A DNA stretch of 64,000 bases, from positions 18,649-82,648 of the forward strand of contig JBAYJA010000002.1 in assembly GCA_041665345.1 (NCBI GenBank), read 5' to 3'. Below are positions 41,537-50,522 of the stretch, in pieces. This DNA is from Patescibacteria group bacterium. Its GTDB lineage: Bacteria; Patescibacteriota; Patescibacteriia; PEXW01. Under the pieces are notes generated by a model. That model saw only the letters and a list, made by a program, of their open reading frames with translations, ran no database searches and had not been told where the DNA came from. Each line of letters starts with the position of its first letter. The stretch's first letter is position 1. A program made the translations under genes and the position numbers.

Positions 41537-42279
41537 TTCGCTTGAAATCTGCCCAAGACATTGCCATCCTCCGCGAGGGCGGTGCGATTTTAGCACGAAC
41601 ATTGCATACGGTTCGTGAGGCAGTTGTTCCTGGGGTACGGGCAGCATTCTTGGACAGTATTGCGGAAGAAGCTATTCTGCAGGCGGGAGGAAAACCGGCG
41701 TTCAAAGGCTACGAAGGGTTCCCTGCCACGCTCTGCGTCTCCATTAACGATGCAGTGGTGCACGGCATTCCGGGCGAGCAAGTTTTGCAGGAGGGGGATA
41801 TCGTGGGCATTGATTGTGGCGTGACCTACAAGGGGTTGATTACCGACGCGGCGATGACCGTTCCGGTTGGCAAGGTCAAGAAAGACGCGCAGAAGTTAAT
41901 TCGGGTGGCCGAGGAAGCGCTTCAGGAAGCCATTGCTTTTGCCGCGCCAGGGAAAATGACCGGTGACTTGGGTGCGCTTATTCAACGGTATGTAGAGAAG
42001 CGGGGTTTTGGTATTGTTCGGGCGTTGGTTGGTCACGGCGTTGGCTATGCTGTGCACGAAGAACCCAAGGTGCCCAACTACGGCGTCGTCGGGAGCGGCA
42101 CAATCCTGGAGCCAGGTTTGGTCATTGCCATTGAACCCATGATTACCGCGGGTGGGTATGAAGTGAAGACGCACAAAGATGGCTGGACCATTGTGACGGC
42201 AGACGGCAGCTTGGCCGCCCATGCCGAGCATACAGTGGTGATTACCGAAACCGGCTGCGAGATTCTTACCCAGATATGA
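41533..42279 (+). CDS. map: Methionine aminopeptidase type I
   Basis: Typical MetAP metal-ligand pattern. 248 aa. Confidence 0.95.
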   Translation: MIRLKSAQDIAILREGGAILARTLHTVREAVVPGVRAAFLDSIAEEAILQAGGKPAFKGYEGFPATLCVSINDAVVHGIPGEQVLQEGDIVGIDCGVTYKGLITDAAMTVPVGKVKKDAQKLIRVAEEALQEAIAFAAPGKMTGDLGALIQRYVEKRGFGIVRALVGHGVGYAVHEEPKVPNYGVVGSGTILEPGLVIAIEPMITAGGYEVKTHKDGWTIVTADGSLAAHAEHTVVITETGCEILTQI

Positions 42280-42680
42280 AAATTTTGGGTATTGATTGGG
42301 GCGAGCGACACTTGGGGCTGGCGTTGAGTAGTGAAGACGGTGCTTGGGCCTTTCCCTGGAAGACCGAAAGCATCCGGGGTTTTTCGCATGCCATGCAGGT
42401 CATTACCCAGATTGTGGGAGCAGAGAAAATTGGGGCCGTCGTGGTGGGGTTACCATTAGGGATGAACGGAAAAGACACGCCACAGACCAGCCGGGTACGG
42501 GAAGTCGTGGCAGATTTGTCCAATCTGATTTCGGTTCCGGTGGAGATGGTTGATGAGCGTTTGACCACCCAGTCGGCCGTGCGTTTGCAGCAGGATGGTG
42601 ATCGGCATACTGATGCGCCAAATGACACCCAGGCAGCAGTGGCGATTCTCCAAACCTACCTTGACCAGCATCGGTCATGA
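42276..42680 (+). CDS. ruvX: Putative pre-16S rRNA nuclease / Holliday-junction resolvase-like YqgF
   Basis: MKILGIDWGERHLGLALS...VVVGLPLGMNG is typical of YqgF/RuvX. Confidence 0.85.
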   Translation: MKILGIDWGERHLGLALSSEDGAWAFPWKTESIRGFSHAMQVITQIVGAEKIGAVVVGLPLGMNGKDTPQTSRVREVVADLSNLISVPVEMVDERLTTQSAVRLQQDGDRHTDAPNDTQAAVAILQTYLDQHRS

Positions 42681-43765
42681 ACTTCGTGCTTGCCTTTGGC
42701 GCTGCTTTTTTGCTCAGCCTGGGTCTGACCCCGATGGTGAGACGCGTCGCGTTACGCTGGGGGATTGTTGACCGGCCCAGCGACGCGCCAGACCGGAAGA
42801 TCCAAACCCAACCCATTGCCTTGCTGGGTGGCATTGCGCCGTTCCTGAGTTTTACCATGGTAAGTTGGGGCTTTGCGTTGGGCACTGATTGGTTTCTGCA
42901 AGGTTTTTTGCAACCCAAGTTTCTCTTGGGTATGACCGTGGCTGGTGTCGTGCTTATGATTGGCGGTGTGCTGGATGATGTGAAGCACCTTCGCCCCAGC
43001 CGGCAGCTACTCTTCCCAATTCTCGCTGTACTCATCATCATCGCATCTGGTATTGGCATCCCGTACATTACCAATCCTTTTGGCGGAATCATCAATTTAG
43101 AAAGCGTATCCTGGACTGTGCTGGTGATTGCCGGCGTGCCGTACATGCTCACCTTGTTCGCTGACCTCTTTGCCTTTGGTTGGGTCATGGCCACCACGTA
43201 CACCACCAAGATTCTGGATGGGTTGGATGGTTTGGTCGCCGGCACCACGCTCATTGGTGGTATTGTCATTGCCATCCTCAGTTTTTCCAAAGAGGTATAC
43301 CAGCCAGAGCTGGCCGTGCTCGCGCTGGCTTTGGCCGGAGCCGCAGCCGGGTTCTTGGTGTGGAACTGGCACCCAGCAAAAATTTTCTTGGGTGAAGGTG
43401 GGTCAACCTGGACTGGCTTCATGCTGGGCACGCTCGCTATTCTCGCCGGGGGAAAAATTGCCACCGCCTTGCTCATCCTGGGCATTCCCGCGCTGGACGT
43501 CGCTTGGGTCATTCTCCGACGTTTATTCGGCCACCGATCTGCAGCCAGTGCAGACAGAGGACACCTGCACTTCCGTTTGCTGGACGCTGGTTTGAGCCAC
43601 CGACAGGCAGTGCTCATGCTGTATACCATCACTGCAGTGTTTGGTATGGTCACCCTGGTCACGCGCGGCCCGCAGAAAGTGTACGCCCTCTTGGGGCTGG
43701 CAGGAGTCATGGTGCTGCTGGCAACGGCAGTCGTTCTTGCTTACAGGCAGAAACAGCGTAGATAA
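42677..43765 (+). CDS. Glycosyltransferase family 4 (MraY/WecA-type polyprenyl-phosphate sugar-1-phosphate transferase)
   Basis: 10-11 TM helices with DDxxD-type (LDDVKHL) and HxxxLD-like motifs of the MraY/WecA family. Confidence 0.8.
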   Translation: MNFVLAFGAAFLLSLGLTPMVRRVALRWGIVDRPSDAPDRKIQTQPIALLGGIAPFLSFTMVSWGFALGTDWFLQGFLQPKFLLGMTVAGVVLMIGGVLDDVKHLRPSRQLLFPILAVLIIIASGIGIPYITNPFGGIINLESVSWTVLVIAGVPYMLTLFADLFAFGWVMATTYTTKILDGLDGLVAGTTLIGGIVIAILSFSKEVYQPELAVLALALAGAAAGFLVWNWHPAKIFLGEGGSTWTGFMLGTLAILAGGKIATALLILGIPALDVAWVILRRLFGHRSAASADRGHLHFRLLDAGLSHRQAVLMLYTITAVFGMVTLVTRGPQKVYALLGLAGVMVLLATAVVLAYRQKQRR

Positions 43766-43800
43766 AAAAAGACCCAGGAAGAGGATTCCTGGGCTTTATT
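43764..43800. terminator. Bidirectional rho-independent terminator
   Basis: cccaggaa-gagga-ttcctggg stem flanked by A7 upstream and a T-rich run downstream. Confidence 0.7.
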
Positions 43801-43815
43801 GAAGGTGGGTTTTTG

Positions 43816-44487
43816 TTACGTTGTGCGGAAAGTAGCGTCGATGTTGTTGCTTGGAAAGAAAGTTCTGAACAGGTATTCCCGAACTCGATGTCCCTGACTT
43901 GCGCAGGCGCGTTCGGCTTGCGTTCTCACTTTTCGACCCCGGGCACATTCAATTTCGATTTGTTCTTCAGTAATCCGAAGCCAGAGAAAGACTGTTCGAC
44001 AGTTAATAATTGGCTTCCAGAAGTTAATGATGAAGGACTCCTGCGAATCTTCTTGAGCAGCTTCGAAACTGATTCGATTAAGAATGCAGTCTCGAACACC
44101 TTCCGCCTGCGCTCCTAATGAGTACAGTCGTTTCAGCAAACGAGCAATGTTTTGAAGATCCAAATTTGGATCCAGACACGCGATGGATAACTCCTGAAGG
44201 ATAAGCTCCTGCTCATCCTTTATTACTTTGTCCCTTTTTCGCAGGGTACAAGCGTCTTGTTCCTCTACAAGAAATTCAGGTTTTTCCACTGCAGGTTCCT
44301 TTCCTGGTTTGTGAGGGTACGATGTTTCCCAACAGTCCCGTCCTGGGGCTGCGAGCACTTTTTGATATCTCAATCTACCAAGCTGGACCCACTTTGTCAA
44401 TGGTATGCGGGGCAGGGTAGGGGTGGTACCATGCAAATATATGCAACGAAGCTGGGTTACACTACTTGCGGTTTTCTTTGTCCTCAT
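43816..44487 (-). CDS. Hypothetical protein (start uncertain: ATG 44487 or GTG 44556)
   Basis: 246-codon open frame in a ~47% GC segment that ends at the bidirectional terminator. No recognisable domain. Its 5' end overlaps the divergent DUF192 gene. Confidence 0.4.
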   Translation of the reverse strand: MRTKKTASSVTQLRCIYLHGTTPTLPRIPLTKWVQLGRLRYQKVLAAPGRDCWETSYPHKPGKEPAVEKPEFLVEEQDACTLRKRDKVIKDEQELILQELSIACLDPNLDLQNIARLLKRLYSLGAQAEGVRDCILNRISFEAAQEDSQESFIINFWKPIINCRTVFLWLRITEEQIEIECARGRKVRTQAERACASQGHRVREYLFRTFFPSNNIDATFRTT

Positions 44488-44932
44488 TGCCACATTTTGG
44501 GCGTTTGGCGGGGATGAAGTGACGGAGTACCTCCCGTACGCTACCCAGCGTTTCACCGGCCAGTCTGCCCACGTGTTGGTTGGCGGGAAGACGTTTGGTA
44601 CTGAAGTTGTGCGAAGTGAAAAATCTCAGGCCAAGGGTTTGTCTGGGCGTCGAAGTTTACCCGCAGACCGGGGGATGCTCTTCGTCTTTGCAAAACCAGG
44701 GTTGTACCCTTTTGTGATGCGGGACATGCGCTTTGCATTAGATATCATCTGGATCCAGGATGGGAAAATTGTTGACCTCTGGCGGAACGCACCATATGGG
44801 AAAGAACCTCCAGCCCAGTACACGCCAAAGACCGCCGCTGACCAAGTGTTGGAAATTCGGGCAGGTATGGCAGGTGTTCTCCAGGTAGGAGATATGGTGG
44901 TTATTACTGACGATCGGTGGTTCTTCCGCTAG
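44441..44932 (+). CDS. DUF192 family protein with N-terminal signal/TM
   Basis: RGMLFVF...MRDMRFALDIIWIQDGKIVD matches the DUF192 signature. Confidence 0.7.
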   Translation: MQRSWVTLLAVFFVLIATFWAFGGDEVTEYLPYATQRFTGQSAHVLVGGKTFGTEVVRSEKSQAKGLSGRRSLPADRGMLFVFAKPGLYPFVMRDMRFALDIIWIQDGKIVDLWRNAPYGKEPPAQYTPKTAADQVLEIRAGMAGVLQVGDMVVITDDRWFFR

Positions 44933-44933
44933 T

Positions 44934-45686
44934 ATGGCAAACAGTAAAGCGCCGGTTGGGTGCCTCCTCATCCATGGGTTTACCTCGCACCGCTCCAGTT
45001 TGGAAGCGGTTATTCCGGAATTGGAAAAGCGGCACATTCCATGGCACTACCCCATTCTGGCAGGACACGGCACTTCACCCGCTGATTTGCGAAATGTTAC
45101 CTGGCAAGATTGGGTGAATGATGTGACGCAAGGGCTACAGTACTTGCAAGGGGATGTTGAAAAAGTGGTGGTGGTCGCGCTGTCCATGGGCAGCATGTTG
45201 GGACTAGAATTAGCTGCTGCTTTTCCAACGCAGATTGTGGGAGTGGAGCTGCTCTCACCAACACTCCATTTCCGATTGAAATTGGCGAAGTTTACGCCTA
45301 TGCTCAGCCGGGTCATCAGACGTTTTCCAAATCCCAGCCCCGCGAAGTTCAGCTCGTTGAAGTTGGCCAAGCAGGATAAAGGTTACCAGTGGTTCCCGAC
45401 AGGGACTTTTCGGCAGTACTGGGAACGCACACAGGATTTTGACCCGGTCATCCAGCGGGTACACCAGCCCACCCGGATCATCCACGCCAAGCGGGACATG
45501 GTTGGCCATCCCTCTGGGGCGCAGCATATTTTTGACCTGCTCCCAGCCAAGCAGAAGGAGCTCATTTGGCTGCACAAGTCTGGCCACGAAGTACTGCTGG
45601 ATGCGGAAGTCCCAACGGTTTTGGAGCATATCCTCAGTTTTCCACCCCTGCAGGCAGCCGCCAGAGCCCTTGACGGGACAAGGTAA
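44934..45686 (+). CDS. Alpha/beta-hydrolase fold carboxylesterase
   Basis: HGFTS oxyanion region, nucleophile elbow ALSMGS and a C-terminal His. Confidence 0.8.
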   Translation: MANSKAPVGCLLIHGFTSHRSSLEAVIPELEKRHIPWHYPILAGHGTSPADLRNVTWQDWVNDVTQGLQYLQGDVEKVVVVALSMGSMLGLELAAAFPTQIVGVELLSPTLHFRLKLAKFTPMLSRVIRRFPNPSPAKFSSLKLAKQDKGYQWFPTGTFRQYWERTQDFDPVIQRVHQPTRIIHAKRDMVGHPSGAQHIFDLLPAKQKELIWLHKSGHEVLLDAEVPTVLEHILSFPPLQAAARALDGTR

Positions 45687-45701
45687 GCCTGGTAGCATTC
45701 T

Positions 45702-46031
45702 GTGTACATTCCTATGGATACCTTCGCAGTCATCGCAACCGGCGGTAAGCAATACCTCGTCAAAGAGGGGGACGTCCTTCAGGTGGAAAAACTGGAAGGC
45801 GAAGCAAAGGCCAAACTGACGTTTGACCAGGTGCTTCTGGTTGCCAAAGGCAAAACCCCAACCGTGGGTAAGCCTTTTATTGCCGGAGCAAAGGTGGAAG
45901 CAGAACTCATGAACCAGATGCAAGGTAAGAAAATCTACGTGGAAACCTATAAGGCGAAGACCCGCAAGCACCGGAAAATTGGCCATCGGCAGCAGCTGAC
46001 CAAAGTGAAGATTACCAAAATCACCGGGTAA
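45702..46031 (+). CDS. rplU: 50S ribosomal protein L21
   Basis: FAVIATGGKQYLVKEGD. The start may be ATG 45714. No rpmA follows. Confidence 0.88.
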   Translation: MYIPMDTFAVIATGGKQYLVKEGDVLQVEKLEGEAKAKLTFDQVLLVAKGKTPTVGKPFIAGAKVEAELMNQMQGKKIYVETYKAKTRKHRKIGHRQQLTKVKITKITG

Positions 46032-46057
46032 AGGTTTTTTTGGGGTGATTGGTGATG

Positions 46058-46081
46058 CGAGGTGAAAACCTCGTTTTTTTA
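46058..46081 (+). terminator. Rho-independent terminator after rplU
   Basis: cgaggt-gaaa-acctcg stem followed by T7. Confidence 0.8.
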
Positions 46082-46140
46082 TTTGACTTGGGTGTTGGTC
46101 CTTGGTAAGGTTGCAGGAATCAAAAAAATGGAGGAAAGTC

Positions 46141-46725
46141 ATGATTCAAGAGGTTGTTCCGAGATTTCGAACGTCGGTTGAAAAATTTGATACGACGACA
46201 TGTCAGCGGACAAACCAGCGTTTTGCAAATCTCAATCCACAGTGTGGACCTTGGCCTTTTACAGAAATCGCCTACACACATCAAGCTGGAGAGTTTGCGC
46301 AGTTTAGTACACAACTTACGCCCGAGTTTATCCAGGCACAGATCCTTCCCCGTGGGCGGCCGCATTTTTCCCTGCTCCACATTGCCCTCATCGATGATGC
46401 GATTGCGTCATCATCATTCCAGTGCATCATGGGCGAGTCATACGGGGAAAGGTATCGGTACCTTGAGCTCGGCGCGATTGCTGGGTTTCATCACGAAGCT
46501 TTTTTCCGTGGGAGTTTGAGTCAGGTACCCTTGGGGGCAATTGAAGTGAACGGGTTTTTGGTCCGATGGCAATGTATGAAGCGGAAACCAACGAGCAGGC
46601 TTGAGCAGCGAGGAATTCTACAAGTGGCTGTGCTCACGGAAAGCGCGGGTGAAGAGCAGCAAATTGCTTCTGTCGAAATTGAGTATTTCCGTCGTCACGG
46701 CGTACTAAACATTGCAAAGCAGTAG
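46141..46725 (+). CDS. Hypothetical protein
   Basis: GGAGG 6 nt upstream of ATG 46141. 194 aa followed by a terminator. No recognisable domain. Confidence 0.55.
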   Translation: MIQEVVPRFRTSVEKFDTTTCQRTNQRFANLNPQCGPWPFTEIAYTHQAGEFAQFSTQLTPEFIQAQILPRGRPHFSLLHIALIDDAIASSSFQCIMGESYGERYRYLELGAIAGFHHEAFFRGSLSQVPLGAIEVNGFLVRWQCMKRKPTSRLEQRGILQVAVLTESAGEEQQIASVEIEYFRRHGVLNIAKQ

Positions 46726-46747
46726 CACATTGAAAAAAGACTTACCC

Positions 46748-46778
46748 TGAGAAGTAAGTCTTTTTTTCTGATTCTTAA
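46748..46778 (+). terminator. Rho-independent terminator
   Basis: agacttac-N8-gtaagtct stem followed by T7. Confidence 0.8.
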
Positions 46779-46908
46779 AAGTATTTTCCTTAAAGCGCGG
46801 GCAAAGTGATCCTGAGAAAGGATAAAGCAATAGAAGACCAAGTGTGTCTTTCTTATACTCTGGGTTCTAAACACCCTAGTTTTCCCCATCAGGATTACCT
46901 CCCCCTAC

Positions 46909-46929
46909 CCCCTCCTTCGAAAGGAGGGG
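46909..46929. repeat. CCCCTCC-TTCGAAA-GGAGGGG hairpin (same family as 4438-4458)
   Basis: Identical 7-bp stem to 4438-4458 and a 7-nt palindromic loop, in the convergent intergenic region upstream of the recR stop. Confidence 0.65.
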
Positions 46930-47034
46930 AGGAGTTTTATCAGTAACCCATGCCCCTACCCTCTAACCCCACTCGCCGCTTCAACTAAACCCTACTCTCT
47001 GTGGCGAAACCGTACTCCGTATTACCGAGCTTCT

Positions 47035-47640
47035 TCAAACCGTCCTTCTCCCCTTCATCGCATCCCCCAACGTCACTTCATCCGCATACTCCAGGTTTGA
47101 GCCCATGGGCAGACCTCGCGCCAGGCGGGTAAGCTTCAGGTTGAGTGGTCGGAGCAGCTTGGTGAGGTAGAGCATCGTCGTTTCGCCTTCCAAGTCTGGG
47201 TTTAAGCCAAAGATCACCTCAGTTATTTGTGTACTTGGGTTTTTGAGTCGCGTCAGCAGTTTGTCGACATGCAAATCATCGCCTGTAATCCCAGCCAGGG
47301 GATTGACCACCCCACCCAGCACGTGGTAGAACCCGCGAAATTCATGCGTGCGTTCAATGGCGGCCACGTCCTGGGTTTCGGCCACCACGCACAGCAACGC
47401 CGTGTTGCGTTTCACATCCGCGCAAATGCGGCAGGGGTCGGCGCCGCTCCACTGGCCGCAGGTGCTGCAACGGTGCACGCCGGTTTGGACATTGGTAATC
47501 GCCCGCGTGAGCTGCTCCCGCTCGGTCACTGGCGCTTTCACCAAATGGAACGCCAGACGTTCTGCTGACTTGGGGCCAATACCCGGCAGGCGGTTCAGCC
47601 GCTCAATGAGTTCCTGGATGGCGTCAGCGTAGGTTGGCAT
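47035..47640 (-). CDS. recR: Recombination protein RecR
   Basis: HhH N-terminus, C4 zinc finger (CSTCGQ...CRIC) and a Toprim domain. Confidence 0.93.
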   Translation of the reverse strand: MPTYADAIQELIERLNRLPGIGPKSAERLAFHLVKAPVTEREQLTRAITNVQTGVHRCSTCGQWSGADPCRICADVKRNTALLCVVAETQDVAAIERTHEFRGFYHVLGGVVNPLAGITGDDLHVDKLLTRLKNPSTQITEVIFGLNPDLEGETTMLYLTKLLRPLNLKLTRLARGLPMGSNLEYADEVTLGDAMKGRRTV

Positions 47641-47643
47641 GCG

Positions 47644-47940
47644 CTAGACCGGGAGGTTGGGGAGACCACCCATTTCTTTCACCCGGCTGGCCATTTTCTT
47701 CTGCGCCTTCTTGGTGGCGTCGTTCACGGCTTCGGCCACGGCCTTTTGCACGTCACTGGCTTTTTCTGGGTGGAGCATATCAGGCTCGATTGTCACATCC
47801 TGCACTTCCAAGTTACCATCCATGGAAACTTTCACTTTGCCCCAGCCGCCACTGCCTTCCACCAGCTCTGTTTTTAGCGAGCTCTGGATCTTCTTGGCTT
47901 GGCTGCGGTAATCTTTTATCTGCTTCAGCTTTTCAAACAT
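47644..47940 (-). CDS. ybaB: Nucleoid-associated protein YbaB/EbfC
   Basis: 98 aa with the typical YbaB sequence, adjacent to recR. Confidence 0.88.
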   Translation of the reverse strand: MFEKLKQIKDYRSQAKKIQSSLKTELVEGSGGWGKVKVSMDGNLEVQDVTIEPDMLHPEKASDVQKAVAEAVNDATKKAQKKMASRVKEMGGLPNLPV

Positions 47941-47961
47941 AAACTTGCGTGGGTTAGGGAA

Positions 47962-49341
47962 TTAGAGAGGAGCGGGGCCGGTAAATTTTTCATCTGCCCG
48001 GCTTTCAAACCGCACTTTATTATCGTTGAAGATGAGATCAACCTGGCCGGTGGGGCCATTGCGATGCTTGGCCACGTGAATTTCTGCAACGTTCTTCTTC
48101 ATCGGGTCAATATTTTCACGGTCGTACATGGCTGGGCGGTAAATGAACATGACCACGTCGGCATCTTGCTCAATGCTCCCAGACTCGCGGAGGTCAGCCA
48201 GCATAGGGATTTTCCGTTCCCGGCTTTCCACGGCGCGGGAGAGCTGGGACAGGGCAATGACTGGAATGCTCAGCTCGCGGGCAATTGCTTTGAGGCCGCG
48301 GGTAATTTCCGCCACTTCTTGTACCCGGTTTTCCGAATTGGATCGGCCTTCCATGAGCTGCAAGTAGTCCACCACAATCATGCCCAGGCCGTGCTCCGCC
48401 TGCAAGCGGCGGGCTTTGGTACGCATCATCATGACGTTGCTGGTGGCGGAGTCATCAATGTACAGCGGGGCTTCGCTCAGCACACCCATGGCATGGCCAA
48501 TCTTGGGGAAGTCATTGTCCTCGGGCCGGTCAGACAAGCGGCCGGTGCGCATTTTCCAGAGGTCCACCCCGGCTTCAGCGCACAGCATTTTGTCCACCAG
48601 CTGCTCCTTGGACATTTCCAAAGAGAAGATACCAACCGGAACCCGGGCCTTCACCGCCGCGTACCGGGCAAAGTCCATAGCAAGCGTCGTTTTGCCCATG
48701 CTCGGGCGGGCAGCGACAATGATCAGGTCACTTTTTTGGAACCCAGCCAGGAGTTTATCAATGTCTGGGAAGCCGCTGGTAATGCCGCGCAGTTTGCCTG
48801 CGCCTTTGTGGAGTTCATCAATGCGGTCAAACGCCTCGGTCAGGACAGAGCGAATGGGGATGAAGTTCTGCTTTAGGTAACGCTGGGAGACGCCAAAGAC
48901 CTCTTGCTCAGCTTCGTCCAGCACGCCCTCCACATTTGCTTCTTCCTGATAGGCCAGGGAAGTGATTTGCGAAGCGGCGTGGAGCAGCCGGCGGAGCGTG
49001 GATTTTCGCTGCACAATGTTGGCGTAGCTCACCACGTGGCTGGCCGTAGGCACAGCATTGGCCAGGGCGGTAAGGGCACTCATGCCACCCAGTTTTTCTA
49101 AGAGCTTTCGCTCTTCTAAGCGGTTGGCCAAGCTCACCACGTCAATGGGTTCCTGGGCAGTGTACAGTTCCTGCATGGCCTCGTAGATCTTACCGTTCAA
49201 GTCCCGGTAGAAATCCGTGGGTTGCAGAATGTCCGCGACCTTAATAATAGCGTCTTTATCAATGAGTAAAGAGCCCAAAAGCGCCTGTTCGGCCTCCAGG
49301 TTCTGCGGGGGGAGTTTTTCCAGAGAATGCGTGTCTACCAT
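47962..49341 (-). CDS. dnaB: Replicative DNA helicase DnaB
   Basis: N-terminal DnaB domain, Walker A ARPSMGKTT and a RecA-like C-terminal domain. Confidence 0.95.
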   Translation of the reverse strand: MVDTHSLEKLPPQNLEAEQALLGSLLIDKDAIIKVADILQPTDFYRDLNGKIYEAMQELYTAQEPIDVVSLANRLEERKLLEKLGGMSALTALANAVPTASHVVSYANIVQRKSTLRRLLHAASQITSLAYQEEANVEGVLDEAEQEVFGVSQRYLKQNFIPIRSVLTEAFDRIDELHKGAGKLRGITSGFPDIDKLLAGFQKSDLIIVAARPSMGKTTLAMDFARYAAVKARVPVGIFSLEMSKEQLVDKMLCAEAGVDLWKMRTGRLSDRPEDNDFPKIGHAMGVLSEAPLYIDDSATSNVMMMRTKARRLQAEHGLGMIVVDYLQLMEGRSNSENRVQEVAEITRGLKAIARELSIPVIALSQLSRAVESRERKIPMLADLRESGSIEQDADVVMFIYRPAMYDRENIDPMKKNVAEIHVAKHRNGPTGQVDLIFNDNKVRFESRADEKFTGPAPL

Positions 49342-49591
49342 AGGTCTTCATATGATACCTGCGGGGCAAAACTGGGGCAAGGCGCACCTGTCCCCAGCGG
49401 GTGCACGGGTTGTGCACAGTTTTGAACTTGGTAGAGGGTTTGGGTGTAGAAGCTTGTATGGTTGGAGGGTGGGGGTGTAGCAGCGAAAAAGGGAGTTTAA
49501 AGAAAACCCCTCCTCTTTGCCTATTTACCTAACTAGCCTCAAAACCTTTATCCTTCTGCATCTAGCTCGCTTCATGCTATTCTACCTACCG

Positions 49592-50119
49592 ATGTCTATC
49601 ACCGACCCCATTGTTGTTGTCCTCGACGTGGAAACCACTGGTCTGAAACCAGAGGACGGCCATGAGATTATTGAAATTGCCGCGCAGAAAGTCCAAGGCC
49701 AGGATGTGGTGGGGGAATTCTGCTGCTTGGTGAAACCCATTCGTCGGGTGGAAGCAGACGTGGAAAAAGTGCATGGTATTAGTAACGAACTCCTTGCAGT
49801 TGAAGGCAAAAACCCAGAGGATGTATTTCCTGCCTTCGTGGCATTTTTGGGAACCCTGCCCATTGTGGCGCACAATGCTCCATTTGATGTGGGTTTCATT
49901 AACGCGCACCTGAAGCGAATGGGTATTCCCACGTTGACGAACCAAGTGTTGGACACCATTACCCTGGCGAAGAAGTACCTGATTATTCCCAGCTACAGTT
50001 TGCAAAAAGTAGCAGCCTACCTGGAAGTGCCGCAGCCAACCGCGCACCGGGCGTTGGCAGACGTGGAAACCACCCGGCAGGTGTTTTGGAAACTAGTGCA
50101 AAGGGCGAAGGGGAAGTGA
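49592..50119 (+). CDS. DnaQ-like 3'-5' exonuclease (DEDDh; Pol III epsilon family)
   Basis: VVLDVETTGL Exo I and a HNAPFDVGF Exo II-like region. ATG 49592. Confidence 0.8.
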   Translation: MSITDPIVVVLDVETTGLKPEDGHEIIEIAAQKVQGQDVVGEFCCLVKPIRRVEADVEKVHGISNELLAVEGKNPEDVFPAFVAFLGTLPIVAHNAPFDVGFINAHLKRMGIPTLTNQVLDTITLAKKYLIIPSYSLQKVAAYLEVPQPTAHRALADVETTRQVFWKLVQRAKGK

Positions 50120-50120
50120 G

Positions 50121-50159
50121 ATAGCGAGTTAGAAGGTTGGCGAGCTGGCGCGTTGGTAA
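50121..50159. repeat. Intergenic repeat (ATAGCGAGTT ... GCGAGCTGGCGCGTTGGTAA), copy 2
   Basis: Exact 20-mer and 10-mer shared with 22205-22251. Lies between the dnaQ-like stop and tRNA-Lys. Confidence 0.8.
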
Positions 50160-50229
50160 GGAGGAATTGCCTGCAAGCTTTGAAAGGCTTGCATTATTCT
50201 GCTAATTACAGCACAATCAACCTGTATTT

Positions 50230-50304
50230 GGGTTCGTAGCTCAATGGTAGAGCAGGGGCCTTTTAAGCCCAAGGTTCTGGGTTCGAGTCCCAGCGAGCCC
50301 ACCA
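50230..50304 (+). tRNA. tRNA-Lys (anticodon TTT)
   Basis: Manual cloverleaf. Acceptor gggttcg/cgagccc, D stem gctc/gagc, anticodon loop cTTTTAa, T arm ctggg-ttcgagt-cccag and an encoded CCA. Confidence 0.85.
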
Positions 50305-50522
50305 CGCGTGCAAGCGCCATTCGCCCTCCTCGGGCGTGCTTCGCGTGCCCGATTGCGGGCTTCGGCGCAGCCCGCTTTCCCCGTAAACCCCTTCGGTGTT
50401 TGCGGGGGCCCCATTAAAAATTTAACGAAGCCTCGCTTTGCCCCACAAACCCGTGCTCACTACATTCCGCTTCGTGTTTGTGGGAACCCCCTATCATTAA
50501 GGTTTTTTGGTATACTAAACGT

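Noticed and set aside
43813-44118. Plus-strand ORF (TTG start) in the 43.8-44.1 kb segment
   Set aside because: It starts with TTG immediately after a terminator, is Ser-rich, and is much shorter than the 246-codon minus-strand frame covering the same DNA. It was treated as a shadow ORF.
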